A stretch of DNA of 64,000 nt from the human T2T-CHM13v2.0 reference genome, Homo sapiens, in assembly GCF_009914755.1 (NCBI RefSeq), contig NC_060927.1, one strand, 5' to 3'. A program made the translations under genes and the position numbers. This document shows, piece after piece, positions 26,773-40,550 of this stretch (the first letter of the stretch is position 1; each line of letters opens with the position of its first letter). Below the pieces are notes generated by a model, which did not search any database, was not told the origin of the DNA, and was given only the letters and a program-made list of their open reading frames with translations.

Positions 26773-26909
26773 TTAATGTGTGTATATATGTATATATGTA
26801 GACATATAAATATGTGTTTCTAACTCTGCTGGAAATGAGAGATAAACCAAATATTCTAGGGGTTTCCCTAAGAGTCAACATCAATACCCCAAAACTAATT
26901 AACTAATAA

Positions 26910-27165
26910 GTATTAATACTAATTAACAATTGCATGGCATTAATTTTGTGCCAGGCATGGATCTAAATCTTGTGAGTATGAACAATCGTCTGTAATACCA
27001 TTTATTTCTCACAGCACCCTGTTGAGTCATCATTATCATTTTACAGATGATGAAACTGAGACACAAAGAGGTTAAGCAACTTGCCCACAGTCACACAGCT
27101 AGTGAGTGGCACAGCTGGGATTTGAACCCAGGCTGTCAGTCTCTACAGTCTGATAACCACTAGAA
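26910..27165 (-). mobile_element. MIR
   Basis: cattttacagatgatgaaactgagacacaaagaggttaagcaacttgcccacagtcacacagctagtgagtggc..gggatttgaacccagg. Confidence 0.85.
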
Positions 27166-29292
27166 TATTTTGCTTTGTAACATCTGTTGTAAGGATTAAA
27201 GGTAAAAATGTATCACTTTTCAAGCTTTCTAGAAATTCTTTCACTAATTCAACACACTTATTGTGGCACTATGCCAGGGATGAGGGATGCAATCCCTGCA
27301 CTCATGGTGCTCATAGTCTAGCAAATAACTTCTCTTCTTCCCCTTTCCCTCCCTCCCTGCGCTCTGTCCCTCTCTTTGTCCCAAGGAAATTATCCACATG
27401 AACAGACTTTATTTCACAACTTCATCTAAAAACTCACATGCACATACCCTGATGATGTAACTTAACAGGTCTAACAAAACCTCAAATTTACAAATTTAAA
27501 AAAGAAAATCACCAACCCAAAGAGAGGAGGACGTGGCCCAATGGGAAATAAACCCAAATTGCTAAGACACATACAGCACTAAAATCTAGAAGGCTTCAAA
27601 GATAACATTTGCCACTATTGAGAGATTTCTTGTGCTTTCAAAGTCCACAAGCAGAGAGTGGTTCATAAACATCCTGTCTAAATGTAATATTGGAGGCCTG
27701 TCTCAAGGTAATATTCTAGTAAGGGAAAGAGCATTGACTTCATCGTAAGCGGCTAGTCTGCCGCTGATGGCAGACTAAGACTGGAATGTGCAGATAATTA
27801 TCTTTAAGGCCAGTCAACGGCTATATGTCTCCTATAATATCACCTTTAAGATCAAGCCAAGACATTCCAGTCTGAATCAAGGTTTATTTATGAAAGGATT
27901 TAACACTTTTAGATCCCATATTGCTTGGAGGACCACCAATTTGCATTCCCAAATATCCAATTTCTTCAATTTCACAGAGCATGAATGAGATTTCAGGTTC
28001 TCATATGTTAGAGGGAAAAATTTAAGACACTAAAATTCCTTTTCTTCAATGAGGTGAATTTCTTTGCTAACACCTCCACAAAATAAAATCACCACTAGGG
28101 ACTTAAAGTAGCAAATATCATAAGTCATAATGCCACATTCATGTAGATATAACCAAATTTTCAGGTATTTCCAGCTGAATGGTCTCTCTTGTTCCACTCA
28201 AACTTGAAAGGTCAAAGGAGCAATTTGATTGTGGGTGCTCTATACAGACCACAGACAGGAGGAGGAATGGCCCTTCTACCAGCAAGGGCACAACACTTAA
28301 AGGGGCATGCAGACAGCTGAAACCCAAATGAACCCCCATACATTGGAGTGATCTACCAAAGGGAACCAGTTAATCAGGAAGGCTGTATGAGTTTCCTCAT
28401 TGGTGGTGGTAGGGATTGATCAGACATCCGTTTTAAAGAACCGGTATAAATATTGGCTTAAACTAGACCAGAACCAGCATAGTATGGGGTGTGGAGAGAG
28501 AGGTGGTGGTACCTACCCACAGGTGAGGAGAGAGAGAAGAAATCTCAGAAGAGATATCCCAGAGCTGGTATTTCAGCCCTACAATGCTACTTGATGGTTG
28601 CCAGTGCGAGTGAGAAAGATAATGATGACCATGGAGGTTGCCAACAGATATTAAATCAACCCATCATTTTATAGGGAACATAGTAGCATTCATTTGATAA
28701 CATCAGCACACTGAAATAGTTTAAAAATGAAGCAAGAAAAAAATGAAAAGTGACTTCAGTTGAAGAACAGTCAAATGCCTTGTCTTTATTATTACCCTAC
28801 TGTATGTATGTGTGTGCATGTGTAAGTGTATATTTACTTTTATATGAAAATCCAACCCTCTTGATGGTCATATTTATCACTCTAAACTAATAAAGAGGCA
28901 TTCTAATTTTCTAAGACAAAATTAAATGTACATATACACATATTTGTACACATAGTAGAGAAGGCTGTTTGGAAAGAAATATATCAGGGAATTAACAGTG
29001 GTTTTCCTTGATTATGAATCATGGGCTTTTTTTTTCTATTTCTCATTACTCAAACCCAAAATAGCTTTACTGATACTTTGACCCCAATTATAAAAATAAT
29101 GCATATTTATGTCTTGTTAATATTAAACATACAGGAAAGTATGAGAGAGAGAAAGAAAAGCAAAACAAAATCACAAGCACAAACCCAGGACCCAGAGGAA
29201 CACTGAGGGCCATTTTTATAGACTTCCAAATTTTTTCCATCAGTGCTTCTTCTTTTAACAAGTCAATCATGCTACACATACTGTTTTATGGC

Positions 29293-29517
29293 TTTCTTTT
29301 TTTATTGCATTTATTTATTTAGAGATGGGGTCTTGCTCTGTTGCCCAGGCTGGAGTATAATGGTGTGATCATAGCTCACTGCAGCCTTGAACTCCTGGGC
29401 TCAAGCAATCCTCCCACTTCAGCCTCCTGAGTAGCTAAGACTATGGGTGCATGCCACCACACCTGGCTATTTTTCTTTTTTTAGAGACAGGTCTTGCTAT
29501 GTTGTCCAGTCTGGTCC
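29293..29517 (-). mobile_element. AluJ(o)-like, 5'-truncated, within degenerate L1M (-) sequence (~29060-29810)
   Basis: gatcatagctcactgcagccttgaactcctgggctcaagcaatcctccc (J-type). Confidence 0.85.
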
Positions 29518-32500
29518 TTCCTTTTAGCTCGACAAAATAACATGGATGTTTTCTCTATCGATAAATATTGATCTAGTTCATTTTTTCATGGCCACAGTGT
29601 AATCTATAAGAATCACCTCCTGGGGGTCTTATGGTTATTTCCAAATTTTTTAATTTATAAATAAGAGTAGATAAATCATATCTAAATATTTTCTTTGCCA
29701 ACAATCTGGTGATTACTTAAGAGAAATTCCCAGAAAGCTACTTGCTGGTTCGAAGGACATGTACATCTTTATGGTTTAGTGCACATACCTATAAATTGGT
29801 CTCCTGAAAAACCACAAAAATCCAGAAACAGAGGTATATTTTATTTTCTTCTTTTTGTTTTTCTGTATTTTTGTAACTTACTTTTTTGCTGACGTTATAC
29901 TTAAAAATTGCTTCTATAAAAGGAAAAAAAAATATTTTATGGAAAAAGAAAAGGGACAATTGGAAGATGACTTTTTCCAATGGAGAATTTTGATCTATGG
30001 GACAGGACTTTCCCAGAAAGAAGATGGGGACACAAGACTTGACACTACTGTCCATTAAACTCACCACCTCACCTCCCTTGCTCATGCCCATCATCCAGAC
30101 TTTTCACACACAGTCATCTACAGGAGGAAATGCAGTGATGAGCAAGCCTCAGTATTCACTCTTTACATGGTTCTAGCTAACACTGCATCAATAAAAGACC
30201 ACTCTGTACCCTTTTTCTAGTAGTATCTCCCTTGAAGCTAGAGATTCAAAAGAATCCACCTTAGATTGAAGCGGGACTTTCCAATTTCCTTCCCTTATTC
30301 TTAAACTAATAAAATATTCTTGCCCCTTTATGACAAATTTTTTTTTTTAAAGATAACACAGCCCAGCTGAACCAGGAGTGAGGAACAAGGAGACTGGATA
30401 CTCATCTTGAGAAAAGTCTCCAAAAGTGATCAATTTAAAAAATATTTTCAGTTATTATTTTCATGAAGTTTGTTAACTCTGATGCAAAGATGTCTCTGAA
30501 ATCTCTAGATATACACAGAAATTAGTCAACAACTGAGGTTTTTTCTGTATGGGCTAGTTTCCCACCAACCAGAGCCACGCGCTCCCAAACCCTTTCTGTT
30601 CTTAGTCTCACTCCCTCTAATGTCAAACCTGGCTAAACTAGGGGCTGGAGACTGGGTCTCTTATCTTTAAATGTTACATTATTCTTAACACTCTCTATTG
30701 GCTAAAAATGAAACAGAAGTTCAGAAAACTCACAGGCCACGAATCTGCTTACTTCAGAGGTCACCTTTAAGATTTAAGAATACTGCCAGCTTTTCACTTT
30801 AACATGGTACCCACTCCTACCCAAATCCTCTTTCTGTTGATACACATACAACTTGATTCTTACCACTTCTAGAAAGCCATCGCCCTACTACTCGTCCTCT
30901 CCTTAGATGCAAGGTCTGAGAATTCATGAACTCCCCTGATGCAAGTGACCTACTGGCTAAGCTTCACCTCAGGCCAGAAGAAACAACTGGCCCATGCATT
31001 GCACCATTTTCCAACCAGCAGATGTAAACACATGTAAACCTAGGCCCACAAAGGAAGCAGCTACTTCTTAAAAGTTGACTTTGATGATCTCTTGAACTTT
31101 ATCCCATAAAACTAGACACCCACCATTGCAAGATGGAAGGTGAGGAGCTAGAGGTGTGCTTTCTTTCTGGACATTCTTCCTTCTAAGTGCTAACCATACC
31201 AGCAGTCCTCTATTTGGGAACATAGGTCATTATTTTAATGCATATAAAAAGCAAACAATTAAGATAGAACCAAAGATTTTAAAAATAATCTAATTTTGAA
31301 GCATCTTGCCTTTCAGATTCAGTCTTTTATAAAATCTATGCCGTCGTCGCATATTTCATACACACTTTTTAATTTGATCCACCCTATCGTTGAAATGCTC
31401 ATATCCATAGTGTCCTGAGTAAGTCTCAGGATGGACATTTGTCAGGATATTAGTAATTTCCATATTTGTCTCTACTTTACCAAGTATATAAACCCTATGC
31501 TGTTTAACATTATTTCAGCACTTTTTAAAGCAAAAATAAAATATAGTGATTTTAAAATTCATATAATTATACGATCATTGCTGTACCAACAAAGATTATG
31601 ACGCTTATGTTGGCTTACAGAAGACGTTTCCATAGAACAGACAGAAACGGTCATTTTAGCTAATTAAAAAAAAAGTCTGCAGTACAACAAAGGGCTGTTA
31701 TGGAGGTATGTAGCATATAAAATCAAACTCACGAGAACCAAGAATCACTTATATTAATTTATAATACACCTTGGTTTCAGAAAGAAATGGCTGTGTTTTT
31801 AATATTTTAGGCCTCTTGATAAAATTCTGTCACATGACAGCTATACATTTGGTTATGAGAAAAGTGAATTTGGATTCATGAAAGACACATGACATTTGAG
31901 CTAATGGGGATGTACAATAACATCCCATGGATCCTTATGGATGTCAATACACCTGACAAGTAATAGCTTTCCTACCTTCTGACTGGCTGAAGGATTGGAA
32001 GCAAGATAACCACCCTCACTAGTAGTACATGTATACAGAAAGACAACAGCCTCAATTAAGATCATCGAGGGGAGCTGACTTAATTTGGGGAGGTGCCTAT
32101 CCAGAGGCTTTGTGATCACTTCCTAAATTTATTGCTGTATTGTAGAGAGCAAGAATTCTGGATAAGTAAGGTCCTAAAATGTAAGAAGTTACAGATGGCT
32201 CCAAAATTTATTTGAATCTTTAAAAAATGATTACAGATTTTAAGACAAAAAAATCACTTAAGTCCTTCCTAGTAATAAATATTTTCAAAATAGAACATGC
32301 ATATTCATAGTATTTGTAATAAGGCCATCCCAACTCACACACAGAGCTGCTGATGCAAAGTCCTAGAGCATGAACTCTGCTGTGAGGTCAAGCCAGGCCA
32401 TTCTGAGAGGAGTGCTGAGTCCTTCAACCACTGCAGACCCATTCAGCTCACTGTGGCAACAGCGTGGTGAGAATATTTCAGTGAGAATATTCCAGTGGCC

Positions 32501-32859
32501 TGGAAGAATGAGTGTACTTCACAAAGCACCCAATTTATTCCCATAAAATGCCTAGCATGCCAATTGACTTTAGGCTCATTTTACACAAAAATCTAGGTTT
32601 TTGGAAAGATTTACTCTTGGGTTTCCAAATGTTTATTGCCTTGCTGACAGATTTTTAGACTGGTGCTTGTAACAGGTGATTTTTCACAACACAAGGAATC
32701 CAAAATGCAATTCCAGGACACTAAGCAAAAACTATCTCTAAGATTCCAGTTGGTGTCAAATCACATAGAACCTAGAATATGCAAGCAGAGAAGTAAAAAT
32801 GCTTCTTCGTTAATAATCACATGTGCGCTAGTATAGTATCATCAAAAGTTACACCGACT

Positions 32860-33250
32860 ACACCTCCCACTCATCCATGCCTACTGGTATGTTCTCTGTT
32901 CAGCAAATGCACTGAGCGTGTTCCCACTGCAGGTAGCTTGCATTTGCTGTTCCTACCACCCAGAGTTCGCCCATTCCAGTGCTTGTAGGTTGGCTCCTGA
33001 CTGTTATTCAGCTTCAGGAGTAGCCCTGCTGCCTCTCCAAGCCACACTGTATATAATATGGCCTGGCTGACTTCCTTCATAGCATATATTACAATCTCCA
33101 ACTCTCTTGTTCATTTTAAAAACATGTATTTTTTGTTAATGAGGGCAAGACTTGGTCTTTCTTGCCCTTCTGTTCCTAGTACCTGGAATAGTATTTAGGA
33201 CAGGGGTGGGCACTCAATAAATATATGCTAAATAAATGAGTAAACAGTTT
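32860..33250 (+). mobile_element. L2 3' fragment
   Basis: ttgcatttgctgttcct..gagggcaagact..cctagtacctggaatagt..cactcaataaatatatgctaaataaatgagt. Confidence 0.7.
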
Positions 33251-33589
33251 AATTAATCAAAAGTACTAGGGGTTTTTTTGCACTAAAGTGCAAAGCCATG
33301 AGGTATGATTTGTATTGTATTGTAATTATTCCATTATTATAAAAACAAGATATATTTGAGAAAAGCCATATGAAAATTAGGTCATAATCTGAAGAATGAA
33401 GAGGATTCCATTAACTCACTAGTTCCCAAAATTCCATCATGAAGGTCCCCTGTTGTAGTTTTTCTTCCATGATGCCAATGGTTTGAAATAAAATGCTTTT
33501 CAAACCCACTGGCTTCTAGTAAATCAGTTTGTATACCCTTATACACTTTCTAACAAGATTTTTGCAAGAAAAAATAAATGGCAGGGGTA

Positions 33590-34128
33590 AAAACTTGTTA
33601 ATGAATGTTCATAGCAACATTCCTTATAATGGCCAAAAGCAGAAACAACCCAAATGTCATCAACCAATGAACAGATAAATAAAATATGATATATCCATAT
33701 AGCCATGCAATGGAACATTATTCCTAACAATAAATGAAATACTAATACATGCTGCCACATGGATGAGCCTTGAAAACATTATCCTAAGAAAAAGAAGCCA
33801 GATACAAAAGGCCATAGGCTATATGATTCCATTTATATGAAATATATGAATAGGCAAATCTATAAACTATATAATTCCATTTATATGAAATGTATGAATA
33901 GGCAAATCCATAAAGACAGAAAACAGATTAGTGGTTACTGGAAGCTGGGGTTTGAGGAAGGGCAGGGGGAGTGTGGAATAACTGGTTATAGGTACAGAGT
34001 TTCCTTTTGAGGTAACAAAAATGTTCTAAAATTGATTGCACAACTCTGAATATGCTGAAAATCATTGAATGCTACACTTTAAATGGTGAATTGCATGGTA
34101 TGTGAATTATATCTCAATAAGGCTGCTA
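33590..34128 (+). mobile_element. L1MB-like 3' end with internal 48-bp tandem duplication
   Basis: aatgttcatagcaacatt..gaaacaacccaaatgtc..catggatgagccttgaaaacatt..gtatgtgaattatatctcaataa. Confidence 0.85.
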
Positions 34129-34802
34129 CATATTTTTCTAAATGCTTTGTGGATACCAGTTATATCTTTGAGAATGGAGCTAGATGATTAATTCTCATCC
34201 AGACCAAAAGTCTACAAATAAAGACACTATCTGCTAATTGAGAGTTGCCTTGATTAAGAAAATGCTAGCTGCTCTAACAGAGAAACACTGAAATCTCGGT
34301 GGCTTATTATAAGTTTATTTCTAGCTCAAATTTTTTCTGTCTAGTGGTTTCACTATCCTTTAGCCTGGGCCTCAGAGTCCCAGTATATCTTCTATATCTA
34401 GATATCATATAGAGATAAGACAATAGATCACACCAAAGCTATTTATATTCCAGGTCTGAAAATGGAAAAGGATAAGTTACTTTCATTGACCGAAGCTTGG
34501 TCTTATGGCCATTTCTAGCTACAATGTAATCTGGAAATGTAATGTATATCTAGGAGTAAGAGGAATCAGGTTTTGTTGAAGGTATAGCAGAGACTTACTC
34601 CCTCAGGGTTTACTGTCTTAAAAAATAAAAAGGTGGGGGCAGGGTGATCTATGAGCATCTGTTTTGTCTCACTCTTCCTCCGAATATCTTCCTTCTTAAC
34701 AAGAAATTGGTGCCAGTCAGGGAATAAATTGGTAAAACTACCTTACAGAGAAATTTGGCAATATGTAATAAAGTTAAAGATGTGTGAAAATTATGGCCCA
34801 AG

Positions 34803-35245
34803 GTGCTAGATTAGAAAAACATAACCACGAGTTTTTTCAGCTTTTCATTCCTTAAATCTGGGCTGGCCTTGGGACTTGCTTAGACCAATAGAATGTGGTG
34901 GAAATGATGCACTGTGTGCATTTCAGAGTCAAAGCCTTAAAAGGCCTTGAAGCTTCTTCTTGAAACACTGTCTTAAGAATGCTGTGCTGTTAGGAAGCTG
35001 ATCCACCCTATCATAGGATAAGAAGCCATATGGAGATCTGAAGTGCCCTAGCTACAGGCAGCACCAACAGCCAGATATGTAAGTGGGGCCACATCAGACC
35101 ATTCACTCATTCTAGACATCACCTGACTGCAACTAGATGAAGAAGACTAGCTAAAGAATCATGCCAAAACACAGCATTGTGTAAATCATTATTTTAAGCC
35201 AGTAAGTTTGGGGTGTTCTGTTATGCAGCAATAGATTCCTGATAT
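34803..35245 (+). mobile_element. MaLR LTR (MLT1F/G/H-like)
   Basis: tctgggctggccttgggacttgcttagaccaatagaatgtggtggaa..ttttaagcca.taagtttgggg..gttatgcagcaataga. Confidence 0.7.
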
Positions 35246-35412
35246 AAACAAGAATTTTAACTTCAAATACACACTAAAGATATATTCTCATACGTTTTCT
35301 CAAAGAGAAATGCTCAAGAATGTCCACCACAGCATTGTTTGCAAAAGGAAAAATACAAAAATAACTAATATGGCAACCATTACCAAAAAATGGATATTTA
35401 AAGTATGATGTA

Positions 35413-35713
35413 GGTAGGATGCAGTGGTTCACGCCTGTAATCCTAACACTTTGGGTGGCCAAAGTGGGAGGATTGCTTGAGGCCAGGAGTTCAAGACCAG
35501 CCTGGGCAACATAACAAGACCTTATCTCTACAAAAAGTTTCAAAATTAGCAGGGCACAGTGGCACATGCCTGCAGTCCTAGCTACTTGGAAGACTGAAGT
35601 GAGAGGATGGCTTCAGCCCAGGAGTTTGAAGCTGTCATGAGCTATGACCATGCCACTGCACTCCAATCTAGGCAACATAGTAAGACCGTCTCTAAAAAAA
35701 ATCATTTAAAAAA
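35413..35713 (+). mobile_element. AluJ
   Basis: ggaggattgcttgaggccaggagttcaagaccagcctgggcaacata; TSD aaagtatgatg. Confidence 0.9.
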
Positions 35714-35829
35714 GTATGATGCCAATGGAGCGCTATGCAGCAATGAAAATAAAACAGAGCTACAGGTATCAATTGGATAAACTTCAAAAACATACTATTA
35801 AGAAATTAACATGAATTGCCCAGTGATAC

Positions 35830-36260
35830 ACATTTATTCAATCAACAAATATTTATTGAACAATTTGTAGGTATCTGGAATACACCCCCACAACCTCACA
35901 ACTTTATCTTCAACGAACATGTATTCTAGTGGTAGGAGACAGCCAAAACAGAAGAAAATAAGTAAAATGTGTAATAACTGAGACAGTGAAGAGTGCTAAA
36001 GAGAATAATAAAGCAGAAGAAGGAGATGACCGACTTGCAATTTTAGGTGGGGTAGCCCAGGAAGGCCCTAAGGCAGAGCCATGTAAATAAGACTTGAGGG
36101 GGTAGTAAACCAGCCAGTGGCTATCAGGGGAAGGGCATTTTAGGCAAAGGGAATTGCAAGTGCAAAAGCCCCAAGGTGGAAGGGCCTCCTGTGCGTTCAA
36201 GGAATAAGGAGGAGGCCACTGAGTAATTGGCCTAATAAGTGAAGTTAATGAATAAAGAAG
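35830..36260 (-). mobile_element. L2 3' fragment
   Basis: tttattcaatcaacaaatatttattga..caggggaagggcattttaggcaaagggaattgcaagtgcaaaagccc. Confidence 0.75.
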
Positions 36261-36728
36261 AAAGTATGAAGCCATTTATGTTGCACTTAAGAATGCAGAA
36301 AATAATAGCACATATTATCTGTGAATTCATAACATCTAGTAAAATTACAAAAATAGTCTACATTGGTTAGGAATACACACATATGTCAAATAAGTATAAA
36401 AATTAGTATGGCCGGATGCACATTACATTTTGGAGAGGATTCTCTTTGAGAAAAATGGAGATACATGGAATCAGGATGGAGTAAAATATTTTATCTCTTT
36501 AAAAATGTCAAGCAAATATGAAAAAATTATTTATTTATTAAGTAAAATTTAATTTGTATTGAGTGTTGGGTAAATGGATTTCATTACACTATTTTCTGTA
36601 TTTTCCATTATGTTTGAAATATTTCATAATTGGTTTTAAAAAGGCACTAAACGAATAAATATTTCATCAACAATCAGCAACTGTTGTTTAAATGAGAAGA
36701 TCTAGTTACATATACACACAGGCACACT

Positions 36729-36732
<4 letters not shown>

Positions 36733-36770
<38 letters not shown>
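36733..36770 (+). repeat. (CA)19 microsatellite
   Basis: Perfect dinucleotide run. Confidence 0.95.
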
Positions 36771-36773
<3 letters not shown>

Positions 36774-37094
36774 CAAGTGAGAAGGATATTGCTAACTGTC
36801 CAAAAACTCAACAGGCATCTGGGTGATGGGCTTCACTGAAAAGGACATCATCTCTCCCTGGAGGTAACAATCAACACATTTCATGCATAATATTATGTAA
36901 GATTTAATCCATATCTTGTTATCTTAATTCTATTTTAATAATGGCATACATCAACATGAATTCTACTTGAACCCTTTAGTGCTTCTTTATCTGCTTCTAA
37001 TACAATTTTAAAGAAGGATTTGAATGTAAAATTCATTCTAAATAATAGAGCACGTGATTCTGCAAAACTGAAGAGGAAGTGGGGAGGTTAATAA

Positions 37095-37332
37095 TGATAA
37101 CAGTGACAATAATTGTATGGCATTCATTGGATGCTCAGTATTTGTCAGTCACTTTTCCAAATTCCTATCTTGTTTTTCCTACCAACCCTATGAGGTTATC
37201 CCATTTGACCACAGAAGAACAGAGGGGCAGAGTGAGTGACATGCCCAAGGTCACACAGCTAGAAAGTGATGACACTGGGCTTCAAACCTAGGGGGCTAAG
37301 TTTGATGGCAGAGACTGAATCATAACCACTCG
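37095..37332 (-). mobile_element. MIR
   Basis: caaccctatgagg..cccattt..gtgacatgcccaaggtcacacagctagaaagtg. Confidence 0.75.
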
Positions 37333-39099
37333 GTTCTGGTGGGAATGCAGAAACCTCTGAGCACACCCTAAAACCTCTCTCACAATTTGCTGCTTATGTA
37401 CTAAAGTAAAAACTGACTGTGAATGTGTTTGTGCAATTAGGCAATAAATTATTAACTACATGGTTCATATTTGCTTTAATTGATGGGATTAGCGGCTTCA
37501 ATTGAATCAATGTGAACCTTAATTACCCACCAACATGAATTTGAAATCTGGCTGACTCTGGTAAATAAAAATATATCCATAAAACTGCACCCAAAATAGT
37601 TATGACCCTTTAAACTCTTATAAACACTATCATCCTTATTATGGTGTTGGTGTTTGGGGAAGAGGGGGCAGGGTCCGATCTAGCTCTGAGAATTGCCTCC
37701 TGATTCTCACTGAACTCCTCATTCATTTCTTTGAAGGCGGTATTCCCACATGTATCAGTCCTACAGAGTTTTATCAGGCAAGGTTTGGAGATTGCTTCTC
37801 TCCTGGGAATTCTCAATATGACAGTTCAAAATTCTGTCATCGCAAACTGAACAATCAACCTGAATATGGTTTTTAAAAAATGAGATGCTGAGACAATGAA
37901 TACAATGCAATGGCTTCTAAGATCATTATAGCCAAAGTTGGAAAATGCAAATTATTTTATTTTATTTTGAGCCACAAAAATGAAAAAGAACTAGCATATA
38001 ACTTTTCTACTAGTTTTGTATTAATAGGAGATTTAAATATGAATGTAGTCCATATATGGAGAGTATTAATTCTTATAACTGAAAAATCATGTTTTCTAGG
38101 AATTATGTGCAATTGGGAACATCAAAAAAGTACTTAATGGGACATCTTAAAAACAAATTCATTGTTGGTTAATCAATTCTTTCAGATAATTTCTACTGTT
38201 AATATAACTAATAGTTTCCTAATTTAAGTGAAGCTTTGTTAAATGATATCAGACTCTCTCTACCTCTTTGCTCTTGCTAAATTCTAACGATTGTATAATA
38301 TCAACCCAGAGATACTGCTTTGCCCTACACATTAGCTCATACAGAGAAATGTATTCATTCAGAAGTCTTCCCAGACATACCTCCTCCAGTCACTTAGTCT
38401 TCAAACTAAATAAGTGGACTAGAACTTTCTAGCAACTGTCTCAGAATACTTCTGACCCACATAGTTTCAAATCAGTTACTTTAAGTACATTAAAGCTTAA
38501 TTTAAACTATTTTTATTACTGGGAGCAAGGTAAATTCATGCTCCCAGAGTGACGTTTCTAACAAAACCAACTCAAACTTTGCTTCACTAAAATATAGCCA
38601 CCCAGGGGAAAAACATCATAAAGATAGTAATTATGGTGAGATAATCAAAGGCCTCCACACTGAAAAAAAAAATTGTCCTAAAAATGTCACTTGTGGGTTT
38701 TGAGGCTTTGGAGCCTTGCAAGGGGCTTATTTTAAACAGAAATCCAGCGGAAGCAACACACTTTTGGTCTCTCTGTGTCTCCCCTCCCCTTTCTCTCACT
38801 CTTGGGAAGAAGAAAAGATGCCAGTAGAAAAACATCAAACAGCTCTTCTCCCCCTACCCCCTTCTTTCTTTGTCTTAATTTCTACAGTTGCTTCAAAACA
38901 TCCCCATTTTACTTAGAATCTTTTTCCTCTCAGATGTTCCTGGCTTGTAATTACAATCAAACAGAGATCCTACGTAACTGTCCTCAAGACCTTCCAGGTC
39001 CCCCACAGGGAAATTCCCAGCTGAAACTGCATCTGTCTCTTGCTCTTTAAAGAAACCAGCAGTAAGAATTAACTATAAAAGTTGACTCAATTTGAATGG

Positions 39100-39860
39100 A
39101 CAGCTCTCAAAAAAAGGAAACACAATAAGCACATGAACAAGATGCTCAACATCACCAGATATTGGGGAGATGCAAATAAAACCACAGTGAGATGGCTGTT
39201 GTCAAAAAGTATTGGTGAGGATGTGGGGGAATTGGAGGCCTGTGCATTGCCGGTGAAAAAGCAAAATGGTGTAGCTACTGTGGAAAACAGTATGGCAGCT
39301 CCTCAAAATATTGGGAATGGAATTACCATACAGTCCATCAATTCCACTCTGGGTAGATGCCCAAAAGAATTAAAAGCAGGGACTTGAACAGATATGTATA
39401 TATCACTGTTCATAGCAGCATGATTCACAATAGCCAGGAAGTAGAAACAACCCAAGTGTCTATTGAAGATGAATGAATAAACAAAATGTGATATATACAT
39501 GCAATGGAAAATATTCCATTATTCATCCTTAAAAAGGAAAATTCTGACACATGCTACACACAGATGAACCCTGAAGACATCGAGTTAAGTGAAATAAACC
39601 AGACATAAAAAGAAAAATATTGTATGACTCGGCTCATTTGAGGTACTTAGAGTAATTAAATTCATAAAGCCAGAAAATAAAACACAGGTTGCCAGGGACC
39701 AGGAGTATGAGGTTATTGGTGAGTTACTGTTTAACAGATATAGAGTTTCAGTTCTGGGATGGATGACAGTGATAGTTACACAACACTTTGAATGTATTTA
39801 AAGCCACTGGTAAAATGGTAAATGTTATGTTATATATATTTTGCCACAATAAAAAAAAAG
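39100..39860 (+). mobile_element. L1MB-like 3' fragment
   Basis: aagatgctcaacatca..ggtgaggatgtgggg..gtagctactgtggaaaacagtatggcag..ttttgccacaataaaaaaaa. Confidence 0.85.
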
Positions 39861-40099
39861 TTGGTTCAGAAGATATAATAGCAAACAAGGAATTATTTTC
39901 AATTTATTTATAAAAGCAATAGCTTTTATAAATCTGTCTCTTCAGTTGCAGCTCCAGGATAGGCTACAAATAAAGGGATTCTGGGTTGTAGAGGCTCTCC
40001 TCTTAGTGACCTCAGATCAGAGTCTAGATTGTGGTAGACAGAATCACAACAATTCATGCCTTTAAATTTTCTACTGCTTTAGGGAGAAGCCTCTAGCTT

Positions 40100-40275
40100 A
40101 AGACAAATGGATCTCATTTCTTCTGTGCACCAGCCCTGACAGACATCACTAATCGATTACAGCACTGCCTTGCACTGAGTCCCCTGGGACCTCATAATCT
40201 TTCCCAACATAGGGTTAAGGCAGCCACCAATTAATCAGAGCTGTCTCCCAAAATGAAATCTATTTGCTGTAGTGA
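40100..40275 (-). mobile_element. MER117-like hAT-Charlie element
   Basis: cagacatcactaatcgattacagcact..aggcagccaccaattaatcagag..atgaaatctatttgc matches reverse of recalled MER117 consensus. Confidence 0.65.
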
Positions 40276-40550
40276 TCCAGGTGGCAATCTATTTATTTTA
40301 AGCCAAACTAAAATGTTACATATTAAAAACCTTATTATTAAGCTGGGGACACAAGATTATAGATGTAAGGAGACAGACTTGCCCTACTCTCTGTTCATGC
40401 CTTTTCAACTGTTTGGGATTCTGACACATACCATAGAAAAGCACCTTGGATCAAACAACACAAAAAATCAGAGAGGTAGAGATTCTAGTACATATAATAT
40501 ACTGGTAGAATTAAAGCTGTCCTTAGGAAAGTCCTCACTGTCTTCTAGAG

